Assembly (NCBI GenBank): GCA_016185305.1
Contig: JACPNV010000050.1
Span: 7,040-71,039, forward strand
DNA: 64,000 bases
Reading direction: 5' to 3'
From: Actinomycetota bacterium
Lineage (GTDB): Bacteria > Actinomycetota > Acidimicrobiia > Acidimicrobiales > Acidimicrobilacustridaceae
The position numbers were made by a program, and so were the translations under genes. Below, piece by piece: positions 36,651 through 45,913 of this stretch (the first letter of the stretch is position 1; every line of letters begins with the position of its first letter). The notes below the pieces were generated by a model that had not been told where the DNA came from, made no database searches, and was given only the letters and a program-made list of their open reading frames with translations.

Positions 36651-37739
36651 TCACGCACCTGAGTCCGAACGGGGGAAGGTCGCGCCGCGGTGCTCGTCGA
36701 GCGCCGGCGCGGGAGTGGCGCGGCGGGCCGGGTGGTGCTCGAAGCGGACGGGGTGGCCGGCGGCGAGACCGCCCCAGGGATCGGTCGTGACGGCGCCTCG
36801 CTCGCGGAGATGCTCGAGGGCGATCATGCCGGCTCTATCGAGCACCGGCGCCACGGGCACGCCGGCGGCGATCATCTCGGCGACGAGCTCGTCTCGCTCA
36901 CGTCGCCAGATGGCGGCCGCGATCGCGGCGTCGAGCTCGTCGGCCCTCGCCGCCCGATCCGCGAAGCCGAGGGCCGCCAGCTCATCGAGCGCCAGCACCT
37001 CGCACACCCCTCGCCAGAAGTGGTCTTCGGTGACGACACCGAGCGCAACGTGGTTCCCGTCTGCGGTCCGGTAGGTGCCGTAGCCGGCCAGGCCGGCCGA
37101 CCGCGGCGCACGATCGTCAGCGACGGCGTCGACGACACCCGTCCACGTCGCGAGCACCTCGACCATCGCGACATCGATCAGTTCGCCCTCGCCGGTGCGC
37201 ATCCGGTTGACGAGGGCCGCGCAGATCGCGTAGGCGGCCGACAGGCCGCCGGCCAGATCGGCGATGGGGATGGCGGGCTCGGCGGGTTCGCCGCCGCGGG
37301 GCGCCAATGCCCCCGCCCACGCGACGTAGTTCAGATCGTGCCCAGGCACGTCACGAAGCGGCCCGGACTGGCCGAAGCCGGACACCGAGCAGTAGATGAT
37401 CGACGGGTTCACGGCGTGGATCGCCTCGTACCCGATGCCGAGCCGATCGGCCACGCCGGGGCGGTAGCCCTCGACGACCACGTCCGCCCGACCCGCCAGC
37501 TCGAGCGCCCGCGCCTGATCTCCAGGCGCCTTCAGGTCGAGGACGATGCTGCGCTTGTTCGCGTGGAGGCCGGCGAACAGGTCGCCGTAGGTTCGCATCG
37601 GATCGCCACCCGGCGGCTCGACCTTCAGCACGTCGGCACCGGCTTCGGCCAGGAGTTGCGTGGCGTAGGGCCCCGGTCGCCAGATCGAGAAGTCGAGAAC
37701 GGCTGTGCCCGAGAGCAGACCGCTGTCGTGGTGTCCCAT
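36651..37739 (-). CDS. Family III CoA-transferase (CaiB/BaiF type)
   Basis: LSGTAVLDFSIWRPGPYATQLLAEAGADVLKVEPPGGDP... Trimmed from the 639-aa track ORF to ATG 37739. Confidence 0.8.
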   Translation of the reverse strand: MGHHDSGLLSGTAVLDFSIWRPGPYATQLLAEAGADVLKVEPPGGDPMRTYGDLFAGLHANKRSIVLDLKAPGDQARALELAGRADVVVEGYRPGVADRLGIGYEAIHAVNPSIIYCSVSGFGQSGPLRDVPGHDLNYVAWAGALAPRGGEPAEPAIPIADLAGGLSAAYAICAALVNRMRTGEGELIDVAMVEVLATWTGVVDAVADDRAPRSAGLAGYGTYRTADGNHVALGVVTEDHFWRGVCEVLALDELAALGFADRAARADELDAAIAAAIWRRERDELVAEMIAAGVPVAPVLDRAGMIALEHLRERGAVTTDPWGGLAAGHPVRFEHHPARRATPAPALDEHRGATFPRSDSGA

Positions 37740-37904
37740 GGGCACCCGCGCAGTTTGGCGCTCCGCGCCGCTGGCGGCAACGGTGGGTTCAGTTGCCGTG
37801 ATATCTGCCGATGACAACAGGGGGATGCCCGGCAGCCGTGTGGCAACACGGTTTGACGGGCGGCACCGGCGAGCGCAACTGACCCTGAACCCTCGAAAGG
37901 TCAC

Positions 37905-40289
37905 GTGAGCCCGCAACGAACCGTGACGACTGAGTCCGGGCTGCCGGCCCGGCGTGGCCGTAGCCGCGGCCTGGCTCGCGAGCCGTTGTCGGCGTCCGAA
38001 GCCGATCTCCTTCGGCGGGCGCGTGATGCGTTCCGGCACGCGCGCGAGGCCAGGGAGGTGATCGATATCGCCCCGAAGCGTCAGCACTGTCCCGATGACC
38101 ACCCGACCGGGGACTCGAAGCCTCGTGGTGACCAGCCCGAGACCATCGAAGGTGCAGATGAAGTCGACGAGCTGCTGGATTGGCTGTGGCGCGAGGCGAT
38201 CCGCGAGGAGGGGCCGGCGACGGGAGCCGGCGGCGTGGGGGAGATCCTGCGCGATTCGCTGGCGCAGGTGGTCGATCCGGTCGGCGTGTTCGCGTGGCCT
38301 GGCGGCACCGTGCGATGGGCCAACCACGCCTTGATCACCCGCTCGACGCGCGGTGGCCCACCGGAGTGGAGCTTGCTCCACCTTCTCGACGAGTGGTCTC
38401 AGGCGCACTTCCTCGTGCGTGCCTTGCCGGTCCTGTTGACCGAAGGGCGCTGGCGTGGCGAGCTCCGCTACATCGACCGCGAGAGCAACGCCGCGGCGCC
38501 GATGGCGACAACGCTCGTCGCCCATCGCGGGGCGTTCGGGGAGATCGATTCCATCATCCTTCTTGCGCACGAAGAGCCCGTCGCGGCGCCCTCAACCAGT
38601 GCGGAGACGTTCACGACCGGGCCCCTCGCCGCGTTGCTGCCGCACATCAGCGACCTGCTGGTGGTGATGGATCCCGAAGGGTCGCTCACCTATGCGAGCC
38701 CTGCCGCCGTGAACTTGCTGGCGCTTCCGGGCGGCGCCGACGGCTCGCCTCTGGGTCACGTGCTCGAGCTGATCCATCCCGACGACCGCCCTGCCGATCT
38801 GCGCCGCCTGGTCGCTGCGCCGAGTCGCATCCGGGTCCGCGCCGCCGATGGCGGGTGGCGGCATCTCGAAGCCGTGGTCACCGATCTTCGCCACAACCGA
38901 ACGGTTGGGGGCTTCGTGCTCACCGCGCGCGACGTCACCGACGTGGTGGATGCTCGACGGCAGGCAGCCGAGCAGGCCTACACCGATGAGCTCACCGGAT
39001 TGGCGAACCGAGTGCGCCTTCTCGATCGCCTGGACGGGTTCGCGTCCGGCACCGGTGCGGCGCGACCGGTGGCGCTGTTGTTGTTGGACCTCGATCGCCT
39101 CGCCGCGACGAACCAGCGCTATGGGCGGGCCACCGGTGATCGTGTGCTCGTCGAGGTGGCGCGGCGTGTCAAGGCGTGGGTCGACAGTGCGTGGGTCGAC
39201 GGTGCGTCGAGCGACGGTCTCGATGGGTCCGGCGCCCTCGTCGCTCGGCTGCGGAGCGACGAGCTGGTCGTGGTGGTGCCAGGTCTCACCGAACCCGATC
39301 GGGCCGAGGCCATCGGTGACGACCTCCGCGCCGCGGTTGCGGCTCCGCTCGATGTCCACGGTGAGATGCTGTCGGTGACCACATCGGTCGGGGTGGCGTT
39401 CCGCCGGCCGGGCGAACCGGTGGAGGCGATGCTCGCGGACGCAGACCGCGCCGTACGCCGGGCCAAGTCGGCCGGGCGGGATCGCACCGTGGTACACGAT
39501 GCCGACGCGGTTCGGGCCGACCAGCATCGCCGGACGTTCGATCATCAGCTTCGACAGGTGCTCGCGGCCGACGGTCTGCTCCTCCACTACCAACCGATCG
39601 TCGCCGTCGAGCGAGACGAGATCGTCGGTGCGGAGGCGCTGCTGCGCCTGCGAGGGAGCACGGGTGAGCTCTTGAATCCGGGAACGTTCGTGGATGCAGC
39701 CGAGTCGACCGGCCTGATCGCCCGCCTCGGTGCCGAGGTGCTGCGGACCACGAGTCGCGAGCTTGCGTCCTCAGGACTCGATGTGTCGGTCAACGTCTCG
39801 CCTCGCCAGATCTCGGCCGCGGGCTTTGCCGACGCGGTCGTCGCCATCCTCGCCGATTCCGACCTCGCCCTCGGCCGCCTGTGCCTGGAGATCACCGAGG
39901 GCGCGATCTTGTCGCAGAGCGATCAGACCGAAGCCAACATCATGGCGCTGCGTGAGCGAGGCGTTCGCGTCGGGATCGACGAGATGGGAAGCGGCCGAAC
40001 GTCGATCGCCGCGCTCCGTCGGTTCCCCCTCGACTTCGTCAAGCTCGATCGAAGCCTCGTGGCCGGGCTCGGCGCGAACTACGTGGACGGCGCCATCGTG
40101 CGGTCGACCGTCGAGCTCGCGCACCAGCTCGGCCTGGCCGTGGTCGCCGTCGGGGTGGAGTCCGAGCAGCAGCTCGAGTGTCTCCGCCTGCTCGGCTGCG
40201 ACCTGGTGCAGGGCCACCTCTTCGCGGCGGCGCTGGAGATCGAGCAGCTCTTGGCGCGCGTGCGTTTGGCTACGCCGCCGCATCCGTGA
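37905..40289 (+). CDS. PAS - degenerate GGDEF - EAL signalling protein (probable c-di-GMP phosphodiesterase)
   Basis: PAS (LVVMDPEGSLTYASPAAVNLL...FVLTARDVTD). GGDEF domain with RSDEL in place of GGDEF. EAL domain with EALLRL, NVSP, EITE, DEMGSG, KLDRS, GVES, QG. Confidence 0.8.
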   Translation: MSPQRTVTTESGLPARRGRSRGLAREPLSASEADLLRRARDAFRHAREAREVIDIAPKRQHCPDDHPTGDSKPRGDQPETIEGADEVDELLDWLWREAIREEGPATGAGGVGEILRDSLAQVVDPVGVFAWPGGTVRWANHALITRSTRGGPPEWSLLHLLDEWSQAHFLVRALPVLLTEGRWRGELRYIDRESNAAAPMATTLVAHRGAFGEIDSIILLAHEEPVAAPSTSAETFTTGPLAALLPHISDLLVVMDPEGSLTYASPAAVNLLALPGGADGSPLGHVLELIHPDDRPADLRRLVAAPSRIRVRAADGGWRHLEAVVTDLRHNRTVGGFVLTARDVTDVVDARRQAAEQAYTDELTGLANRVRLLDRLDGFASGTGAARPVALLLLDLDRLAATNQRYGRATGDRVLVEVARRVKAWVDSAWVDGASSDGLDGSGALVARLRSDELVVVVPGLTEPDRAEAIGDDLRAAVAAPLDVHGEMLSVTTSVGVAFRRPGEPVEAMLADADRAVRRAKSAGRDRTVVHDADAVRADQHRRTFDHQLRQVLAADGLLLHYQPIVAVERDEIVGAEALLRLRGSTGELLNPGTFVDAAESTGLIARLGAEVLRTTSRELASSGLDVSVNVSPRQISAAGFADAVVAILADSDLALGRLCLEITEGAILSQSDQTEANIMALRERGVRVGIDEMGSGRTSIAALRRFPLDFVKLDRSLVAGLGANYVDGAIVRSTVELAHQLGLAVVAVGVESEQQLECLRLLGCDLVQGHLFAAALEIEQLLARVRLATPPHP

Positions 40290-40653
40290 CCGCCGCGACG
40301 ACCTGGTCGGCTGAGCTGCCGGGACCGATCACCTTGGCGACGCCCCTCTCGGTGAGGAACGGGATGTCGACGTCGGGGACGATGCCCCCGACCACCACGG
40401 GCACGTCAAGACCCGCGGACCTGAGGGCCTCTACGACTTTGGGCGCGAGCGAGCGGTGAGCAGCGTTGTGCATCGAGAGGCCGACCACGTCGACGTCCTC
40501 TTGCTGCGCGATCGCCGCGATCGTCGCCGGGGTCTGGCGCAGCCCGCCGTAGATGACCTCCATGCCCGCGTCCCGAAGGATCCGGGCGACGACCTTGACG
40601 CCGCGATCATGGCCGTCGAGGCCGACCTTGGCGACGAGCACTCGCAACGGCAT
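40270..40653 (-). CDS. B12-binding small subunit of a split acyl-CoA mutase (IcmB-like)
   Basis: VLVAKVGLDGHDRGVKVVARILRDAGMEVIY (DxHxxG cobalamin-binding motif); 127 aa. Confidence 0.85.
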   Translation of the reverse strand: MPLRVLVAKVGLDGHDRGVKVVARILRDAGMEVIYGGLRQTPATIAAIAQQEDVDVVGLSMHNAAHRSLAPKVVEALRSAGLDVPVVVGGIVPDVDIPFLTERGVAKVIGPGSSADQVVAAVTDAAA

Positions 40654-40670
40654 GCACAGATCGTAAGCGG

Positions 40671-42356
40671 TCAGAGCGAGTTCGGTTCGGTCCACGTTCC
40701 GAAGACGTTCTCGAGCGCATGCACGATCTCGCCGACTGTCGCGTAGGCACGGACGCCTTCGATGAACGCGGGCATGAGGTTGATGGACGGATCGGCAGCC
40801 TCGGTCGAGATCCGCGCCAGTGCAGCCGCTACGGCTGCGTCGTCGCGTCCGCGCTTCACCTCGGCCAGCCGCTTCAACTGGCGATCCTCGACCTCGTCGT
40901 CGATGTAGAGCGTCGCCGTCTCGCTGTCGTCGCCCTCGGTGTAACCGTTGGCGCCGACCAGGATCCACCGGCCCGACTGGAGCTTGCGCTCGAACTGGTA
41001 GCTCGCCTCGGCGATCTCTCCCTGGAACCAGCCTTCCTCGATCGCCTCGATCGTGCCTTCGAGCATCGACCCGTGACCGAGCTCCCCGACGTAATCGATC
41101 AACGCGAGCGCCTGGCGCTCCATCTCGTCGGTCAGCTCTTCCACGAACCACGAGCCGCCGAGCGGGTCGGCCACGTTGGCCACGCCGGTCTCGTGCGCGA
41201 TGACCTGTTGTGTACGCAGCGCGATGCGCGCTGCCTTCTCGGTCGGCAGCGCGAGCGCTTCGTCGAACGAGTCGGTGTGCAGGCTCTGCGTGCCGCCGAG
41301 CACGCCCGCAAGTGCTTCGATCGCGACGCGCGCCACGTTCACCTCGGGCTGCTGCGCCGTGAGCGATACCCCAGCGGTCTGGGTGTGGAACCGCAGCGTC
41401 AGCGATCGCTCGCTCGTCGCGCCGTAGCGGTCTCGGAGCCACCGCGCCCAGATGCGCCGCGCGGCCCGGTACTTGGCGATCTCCTCGAAGAAGTCGATGT
41501 GCGCGTTGAAGAAGAAGCTCAGGCGCGGCGCGAACTCGTCGATGGCGAGGCCGGAAGCGAGCGCGGACTCGACGTACGCGAAGCCGTTGCCGAGCGTGAA
41601 CGCGAGCTCTTGGGCGGCTGTCGAGCCGGCCTCGCGGATGTGGTAGCCGGAGATCGAGATCGGGTGCCATCGCGGGAGCTCTACCGAGCAGAAGCGGACG
41701 ACGTCAGAGACCAGGCGCATGGATGGGCGCGGCGGGAAGACGTACTCCTTCTGCGCCTGGTACTCCTTCAAGATGTCGTTTTGCAGCGTGCCGCTCAGCG
41801 ACGGACGAGCCACGCCCGTCTCGTCGGCCACGCCGATGTACATCGCGAGCACGATCGGCGCCGGCGAGTTGATCGTCATCGACGTGCTGACCGCGCTGAG
41901 ATCGATGCCGCCGAAGAGCTCTTCCATGTCGGCGAGCGTGTCGACGGCGACGCCGGCCCGGCCGACCTCCCCCTCGGCCAGCGCGTCGTCGGAGTCGCGC
42001 CCCATCAACGTGGGCATGTCGAACGCCGTGGACAGGCCGCTGCCGCCGGCGCGCAGGAGCTCCTTGAACCGCACGTTGGTGTCTTCGGCGGTGCCGAACC
42101 CGGCGAACTGCCGCATGGTCCAGAGCTTCGAGCGGTACATCGATGCGTACGGCCCACGCGTGTACGGGAACTGCCCGGGAAACTCGCCATTTTCGGGGCC
42201 ATAGACCGGTTCGAGCGTGATGCCCGACATGGTCTCGAAGTCGACATCGCGGTGGGACGAGCGCTCGTAGGCCGCCTTCCAGGCGTCACGGCTGGAGGAT
42301 GTGCCCTTGGATGATGTGCCCTTGGAGGATGTGCGCTTGGATGATCTGCTCTGCAT
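40671..42356 (-). CDS. Acyl-CoA mutase large (substrate-binding) subunit, isobutyryl-CoA-mutase-like
   Basis: FPYTRGPYASMYRSKLWTMRQFAGFGTAEDTN and TLQNDILKEYQAQKEYVFPP. It has Phe and Gln at the positions that are Tyr89 and Arg207 in methylmalonyl-CoA mutase. N-terminal SSK(R/G)T repeat. Confidence 0.8.
   Translation of the reverse strand: MQSRSSKRTSSKGTSSKGTSSSRDAWKAAYERSSHRDVDFETMSGITLEPVYGPENGEFPGQFPYTRGPYASMYRSKLWTMRQFAGFGTAEDTNVRFKELLRAGGSGLSTAFDMPTLMGRDSDDALAEGEVGRAGVAVDTLADMEELFGGIDLSAVSTSMTINSPAPIVLAMYIGVADETGVARPSLSGTLQNDILKEYQAQKEYVFPPRPSMRLVSDVVRFCSVELPRWHPISISGYHIREAGSTAAQELAFTLGNGFAYVESALASGLAIDEFAPRLSFFFNAHIDFFEEIAKYRAARRIWARWLRDRYGATSERSLTLRFHTQTAGVSLTAQQPEVNVARVAIEALAGVLGGTQSLHTDSFDEALALPTEKAARIALRTQQVIAHETGVANVADPLGGSWFVEELTDEMERQALALIDYVGELGHGSMLEGTIEAIEEGWFQGEIAEASYQFERKLQSGRWILVGANGYTEGDDSETATLYIDDEVEDRQLKRLAEVKRGRDDAAVAAALARISTEAADPSINLMPAFIEGVRAYATVGEIVHALENVFGTWTEPNSL
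42294..42346. repeat. 15-nt tandem repeat (about 3.5 copies) encoding SSK(R/G)T at the mutase N-terminus
   Basis: Plus strand: GGAGGATGTGCCCTT GGATGATGTGCCCTT GGAGGATGTGCGCTT GGATGATCT... Confidence 0.8.
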
Positions 42357-42407
42357 GTGGGAACCCCCGACTCGAAACCGAACGGTACTTGGACTTCCAA
42401 GTACCGT

Positions 42408-42914
42408 TCAACCTTCCCGGAAATCACCGGCCGCGGCCCGGACGCGGCGCAGGACCCGGTACAGCATGGTCTCGTCGCGGTCGGTGAGGCCGAGGTCGGC
42501 GAACACCAGCTCGTTGAGGTCGTCGGTGGCGCGGCGGGCGATCCGCCGGCCGGCCGCCGACAGCTCGGCCAGCGTGCCCCGGCCGTCGCTCGGGTTGGGG
42601 ACGCGCCGGACGAAGCCTTGACGCTCGAGTCGGTCGATAGCGTTCGTCACGCTCGATCCGTGCACCTGCAGTCGCTCGCCGATCTTGCTCAGCGGTAGCC
42701 GGCCCTTCCGGCTGAACGTCAGCAGCATGAGCACCTCGTACCGAGAGAACGTCAACTCGTAGGGCCGAAGCACCTCTTCGGCCCGTTGCAAGAAGATCTG
42801 CTGCACGCGCATGACCGAGGTGATCACCGCCATGCCTGGTGACGCTTGCTTCCATCCGTGGTCTTCCCAGTGTCGTTTCGCTTCGTCGATCGGATCGAAC
42901 CGCAACGGCTGCAT
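42408..42914 (-). CDS. MarR-family transcriptional regulator
   Basis: LTFSRYEVLMLLTFSRKGRLPLSKIGERLQVHGSSVTNAIDRLERQGFVRRVPNPSDGR winged helix; 51 nt upstream of the mutase gene. Confidence 0.85.
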   Translation of the reverse strand: MQPLRFDPIDEAKRHWEDHGWKQASPGMAVITSVMRVQQIFLQRAEEVLRPYELTFSRYEVLMLLTFSRKGRLPLSKIGERLQVHGSSVTNAIDRLERQGFVRRVPNPSDGRGTLAELSAAGRRIARRATDDLNELVFADLGLTDRDETMLYRVLRRVRAAAGDFREG

Positions 42915-42967
42915 GAGTCACGAACCTACTTGCAGCGCTCGCGGCACCCCAGGCGGGAGCCCGCACG

Positions 42968-43360
42968 GTGGCGCGCGTGGCGACCGGCCCCGTTGTTGTG
43001 AGCGCCATGCCGCTGTACGGTCAGGTCGTGCCCTTGGAAGAGCCGGAGATCGTCATCGATGTCCGTCAAACAGAAGCGCGAATCGAGGTCCGAGTCGCAG
43101 GCGACCTCGACATAGCGACCAGTCCCGAGCTGCAACGGCAGCTCGAAGCCCTCATCCTGGCCCGACCGGGCGCGGACATGGTCATCGATCTGCGGGACGT
43201 GCCGTTCATCGACTCGTCCGGTGTGCGAACCCTCGCCATCGCCTACAAGCGGCTGACCGAGTCCGGCGGCCACCTCGTCGCCAGAGCACCTTCGGCGATG
43301 ACCGAGCACGTTCTCCACGTGACTGGTCTCGACCACTACCTCGAGGTCGACGAGCCCTGA
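42968..43360 (+). CDS. STAS-domain anti-sigma-factor antagonist
   Basis: VRVAGDLDIATSPELQRQLE...IDLRDVPFIDSSGVRTLAIAYKRL. Confidence 0.75.
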   Translation: MARVATGPVVVSAMPLYGQVVPLEEPEIVIDVRQTEARIEVRVAGDLDIATSPELQRQLEALILARPGADMVIDLRDVPFIDSSGVRTLAIAYKRLTESGGHLVARAPSAMTEHVLHVTGLDHYLEVDEP

Positions 43361-43377
43361 TCTGCGAAGCTCGTGGC

Positions 43378-44526
43378 ATGCGCTACCGGCGGATGCCCAT
43401 CGAGATCGAGTCGCCCGAGCAGTTGGGTTACGACACGATCACCAACAACCTCTCGGAGAGCTCGGTCGCCGATCGCCGCCTTTCCGACCTCGGTCTCGAC
43501 CTCGACCTCGACGAGCTCCTGCTCTGCTATGGCGATCATCTCGGCGACCCCGAGCTGCGGCGGCTCGTCGCCGCCGGCGGCGATGGCTTGCACGCAGATG
43601 ACGTCATCGCCACGCCGGGCGCGGCGGCTGCGCTGTTCGCCGTCGCGACCGTGGTGCTCGAGCGTGGTTCGCACGCCGTCGTGGTTCGCACCAACTACGC
43701 GACGAACATCGAGACGCCTCGAGCGATCGGTGCAGAGCTCGATCTCGTCGACCTGTCCTTCGACACTGGTTGGAGCCTCGACGTGGCTGAGGTCGCAGCG
43801 CGCGTGCGGCCCGGGTCGACCCGATTGATCAGCGTCACGTGCCCCCACAACCCGACGGGAACCATGGTGGATCTCGCCACCTTGCAGGCGCTGGTGGAGT
43901 TGGCCGAGCGCACTGGCGCGATCCTGCTCGTCGACGAGACCTATCGCGACCTGACCCACGGTGTGCGGCTTCCGATCGCGGCCACGCTGTCACCCCGAGC
44001 CATCAGCGTGGCGTCGATGTCGAAGGCCTATGGGCTGCCCGGCCTGCGCGTCGGTTGGGCCATCTGTCGCGAACCACGGCTTCACGAAGCGCTGCTGGCC
44101 GCCAAGGAGCAGATCGTGATCTGCGGCGCGACATTGGACGAAGCCGTCGCGGCGCACGTGCTCGCCGCTCGCGATCGTGTCCTGCCGCCGATCCTCGACG
44201 ACGTGCGCGCTCGGTTGCACATCGTGCGCGAGTGGCTGAGCGGGCATGCCGTGTTCGAGTGGGTGGAGCCGACCGGCGGAGTCGTGGGGCTCGTGCGGGT
44301 GCGTCCCGGTGTCGAGCTGGACACTGATCGCTTCTACCACGTGCTGCTCGCCGAGCATGGCACCTACGTCGGCCCTGGTCATTGGTTCGAGGTCGACGAC
44401 CGCTGCTTCCGGCTCGGGTTCGGCTGGCCGACGCGCCACGAGCTGCGAGCGGGACTGCGCGGCCTGACCTCGGCTGCGGGCGAAGCCATGCGCTGCCAGC
44501 CAGACGTGGTCAGCGGACAGAGCTGA
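43378..44526 (+). CDS. PLP-dependent aminotransferase, class I/II
   Basis: PHNPTGTM, LLVDETYRDL, SMSKAYGLPGLRVGW (PLP lysine motif). Trimmed from the 571-aa track ORF. Confidence 0.8.
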   Translation: MRYRRMPIEIESPEQLGYDTITNNLSESSVADRRLSDLGLDLDLDELLLCYGDHLGDPELRRLVAAGGDGLHADDVIATPGAAAALFAVATVVLERGSHAVVVRTNYATNIETPRAIGAELDLVDLSFDTGWSLDVAEVAARVRPGSTRLISVTCPHNPTGTMVDLATLQALVELAERTGAILLVDETYRDLTHGVRLPIAATLSPRAISVASMSKAYGLPGLRVGWAICREPRLHEALLAAKEQIVICGATLDEAVAAHVLAARDRVLPPILDDVRARLHIVREWLSGHAVFEWVEPTGGVVGLVRVRPGVELDTDRFYHVLLAEHGTYVGPGHWFEVDDRCFRLGFGWPTRHELRAGLRGLTSAAGEAMRCQPDVVSGQS

Positions 44527-44600
44527 ACAAGAACGCCGCCTCGTGGGTTTCGCGTGAGTCGGCGGAGTTGGGTGCCGCAACGTCGAGTACCGTTCGTGTC

Positions 44601-44987
44601 ATGCCGAGCGATCAACTGTCACACGACGATCTTGTCGAGGCGACGGCAGACGCGGAGCGGACCATGCGGCCCCAGCCTGTGCCGGTGAACGTGTACGAGA
44701 CCCATGGCGCGTTGGTGGTCGTGGCGCCGTTGCCGGCGGTGACGGCGGATGACGTGACGATCGAGCTGCGACCGGGAACGGTTCGCTTCTGGGCCCATCT
44801 GCGGAGCGCCGCGCCGCGGGAGTACCTGACCCGTGAATGGGACTACGGGGGCTACGAGCGCGAGGTCGAGCTCCCCGACGGCTTCGGCGGTGGGCTCGAA
44901 GCGTCGCTCGCGAACGGTCAGCTGGCGGTCCGCGTGTTGCGCGGGCAGGCCCACGCGACGGTGAGCATCAAGCCCACCGCGCTGTAG
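44601..44987 (+). CDS. Hsp20/alpha-crystallin family protein
   Basis: VNVYETHGALVVVAPLPAVTADDVTIEL...YEREVELPDGF...ASLANGQLAVRV. Confidence 0.7.
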   Translation: MPSDQLSHDDLVEATADAERTMRPQPVPVNVYETHGALVVVAPLPAVTADDVTIELRPGTVRFWAHLRSAAPREYLTREWDYGGYEREVELPDGFGGGLEASLANGQLAVRVLRGQAHATVSIKPTAL

Positions 44988-45033
44988 CGACTCGCGGCGC
45001 AGGAGGCAGGAGGCGCTGCTCGCGGGTTCACGT

Positions 45034-45549
45034 TCATGCTGTTGCCGACGAGGAGGCCAAGACCTCGTCGATGCGCGCTTCGGCGCTGTCGTGGTCGACG
45101 TTCCACGACACCGAGAGCTCGGAGATCAAGATGTGGCGGGCGCGCACCTGCATCGACTTCTCCGCGGTGGACAGCGAGCCGCCGTTCTCGCGTTGCGACA
45201 GGTTCCGCACGACCTCCGCGCACTGGTAGACGTCGCCCGACTTCAACTTCTCCTGATGGTTCTTGAAGCGGCGCGACCAGTTGGTCGGCACGCGAGCGTT
45301 GGCGACCGCGAGCACCTCGAGCACCTCTTCGGCTTCCTCGGCGGAGATGGCATCCCGGACGCCGAGCTCGGCCGCCTTGTCCTCGGGCACGAGCACCTTC
45401 ATGTCGCCGGAGACCCCGAACCCGCGCTCGGGGATCTTCAGCTCGAGGTACTTGACCTTCTTGCCGCCGAACTCCCGCGTGGTGCGGCCGACGATTTCGG
45501 CGGTGCCGTGGGCGGGGTAGATGACTTTGCTGCCGATCTTGAATTTCAA
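45034..45549 (-). CDS. carD: CarD-family RNA-polymerase-binding transcriptional regulator
   Basis: KFKIGSKVIYPAHGTAEIVGRTTREFGGKKVKYLELKI...NWSRRFKNHQEKLKSGD...VVRNL. TTG start at 45549. Confidence 0.85.
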   Translation of the reverse strand: MKFKIGSKVIYPAHGTAEIVGRTTREFGGKKVKYLELKIPERGFGVSGDMKVLVPEDKAAELGVRDAISAEEAEEVLEVLAVANARVPTNWSRRFKNHQEKLKSGDVYQCAEVVRNLSQRENGGSLSTAEKSMQVRARHILISELSVSWNVDHDSAEARIDEVLASSSATA

Positions 45550-45913
45550 GGAAGGAGTGCTCCAGGGGGACGTGCACGAGCGGGTCGCACAGTGTGCCTG
45601 TTTTTTGCCCCGACTTCCAAGCTGAGTGGAAGACATCCAGTTCAGAGGGTTGGGCGGGGAAGGCGAAGAGCGTCCTTCGCGCGCACAGTGGCGCGTAGCC
45701 GGAGGGGCGGAACGCGACGAACTCCAGACGCGACGAAGCCCGCCGGGAACAAGAGTTCCGCACAGCGGGCTTCGTCACGCTGGTGTTGGGAGCATCAATA
45801 TAGCCGCGTTTGTGGGAGGAGGGGGAAATCCGGCAGTTTTTTTCCGAACAGCAACATTTTCAGGGGCTGAGGCCGTCGATGCCGGGCCGGGCTCCAGGGC
45901 TACCCTCGCACCC

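Noticed and set aside
40719-42314. 531-aa plus-strand ORF opposite the acyl-CoA mutase large subunit
   Set aside because: Antisense artefact; the minus strand encodes unmistakable mutase motifs.
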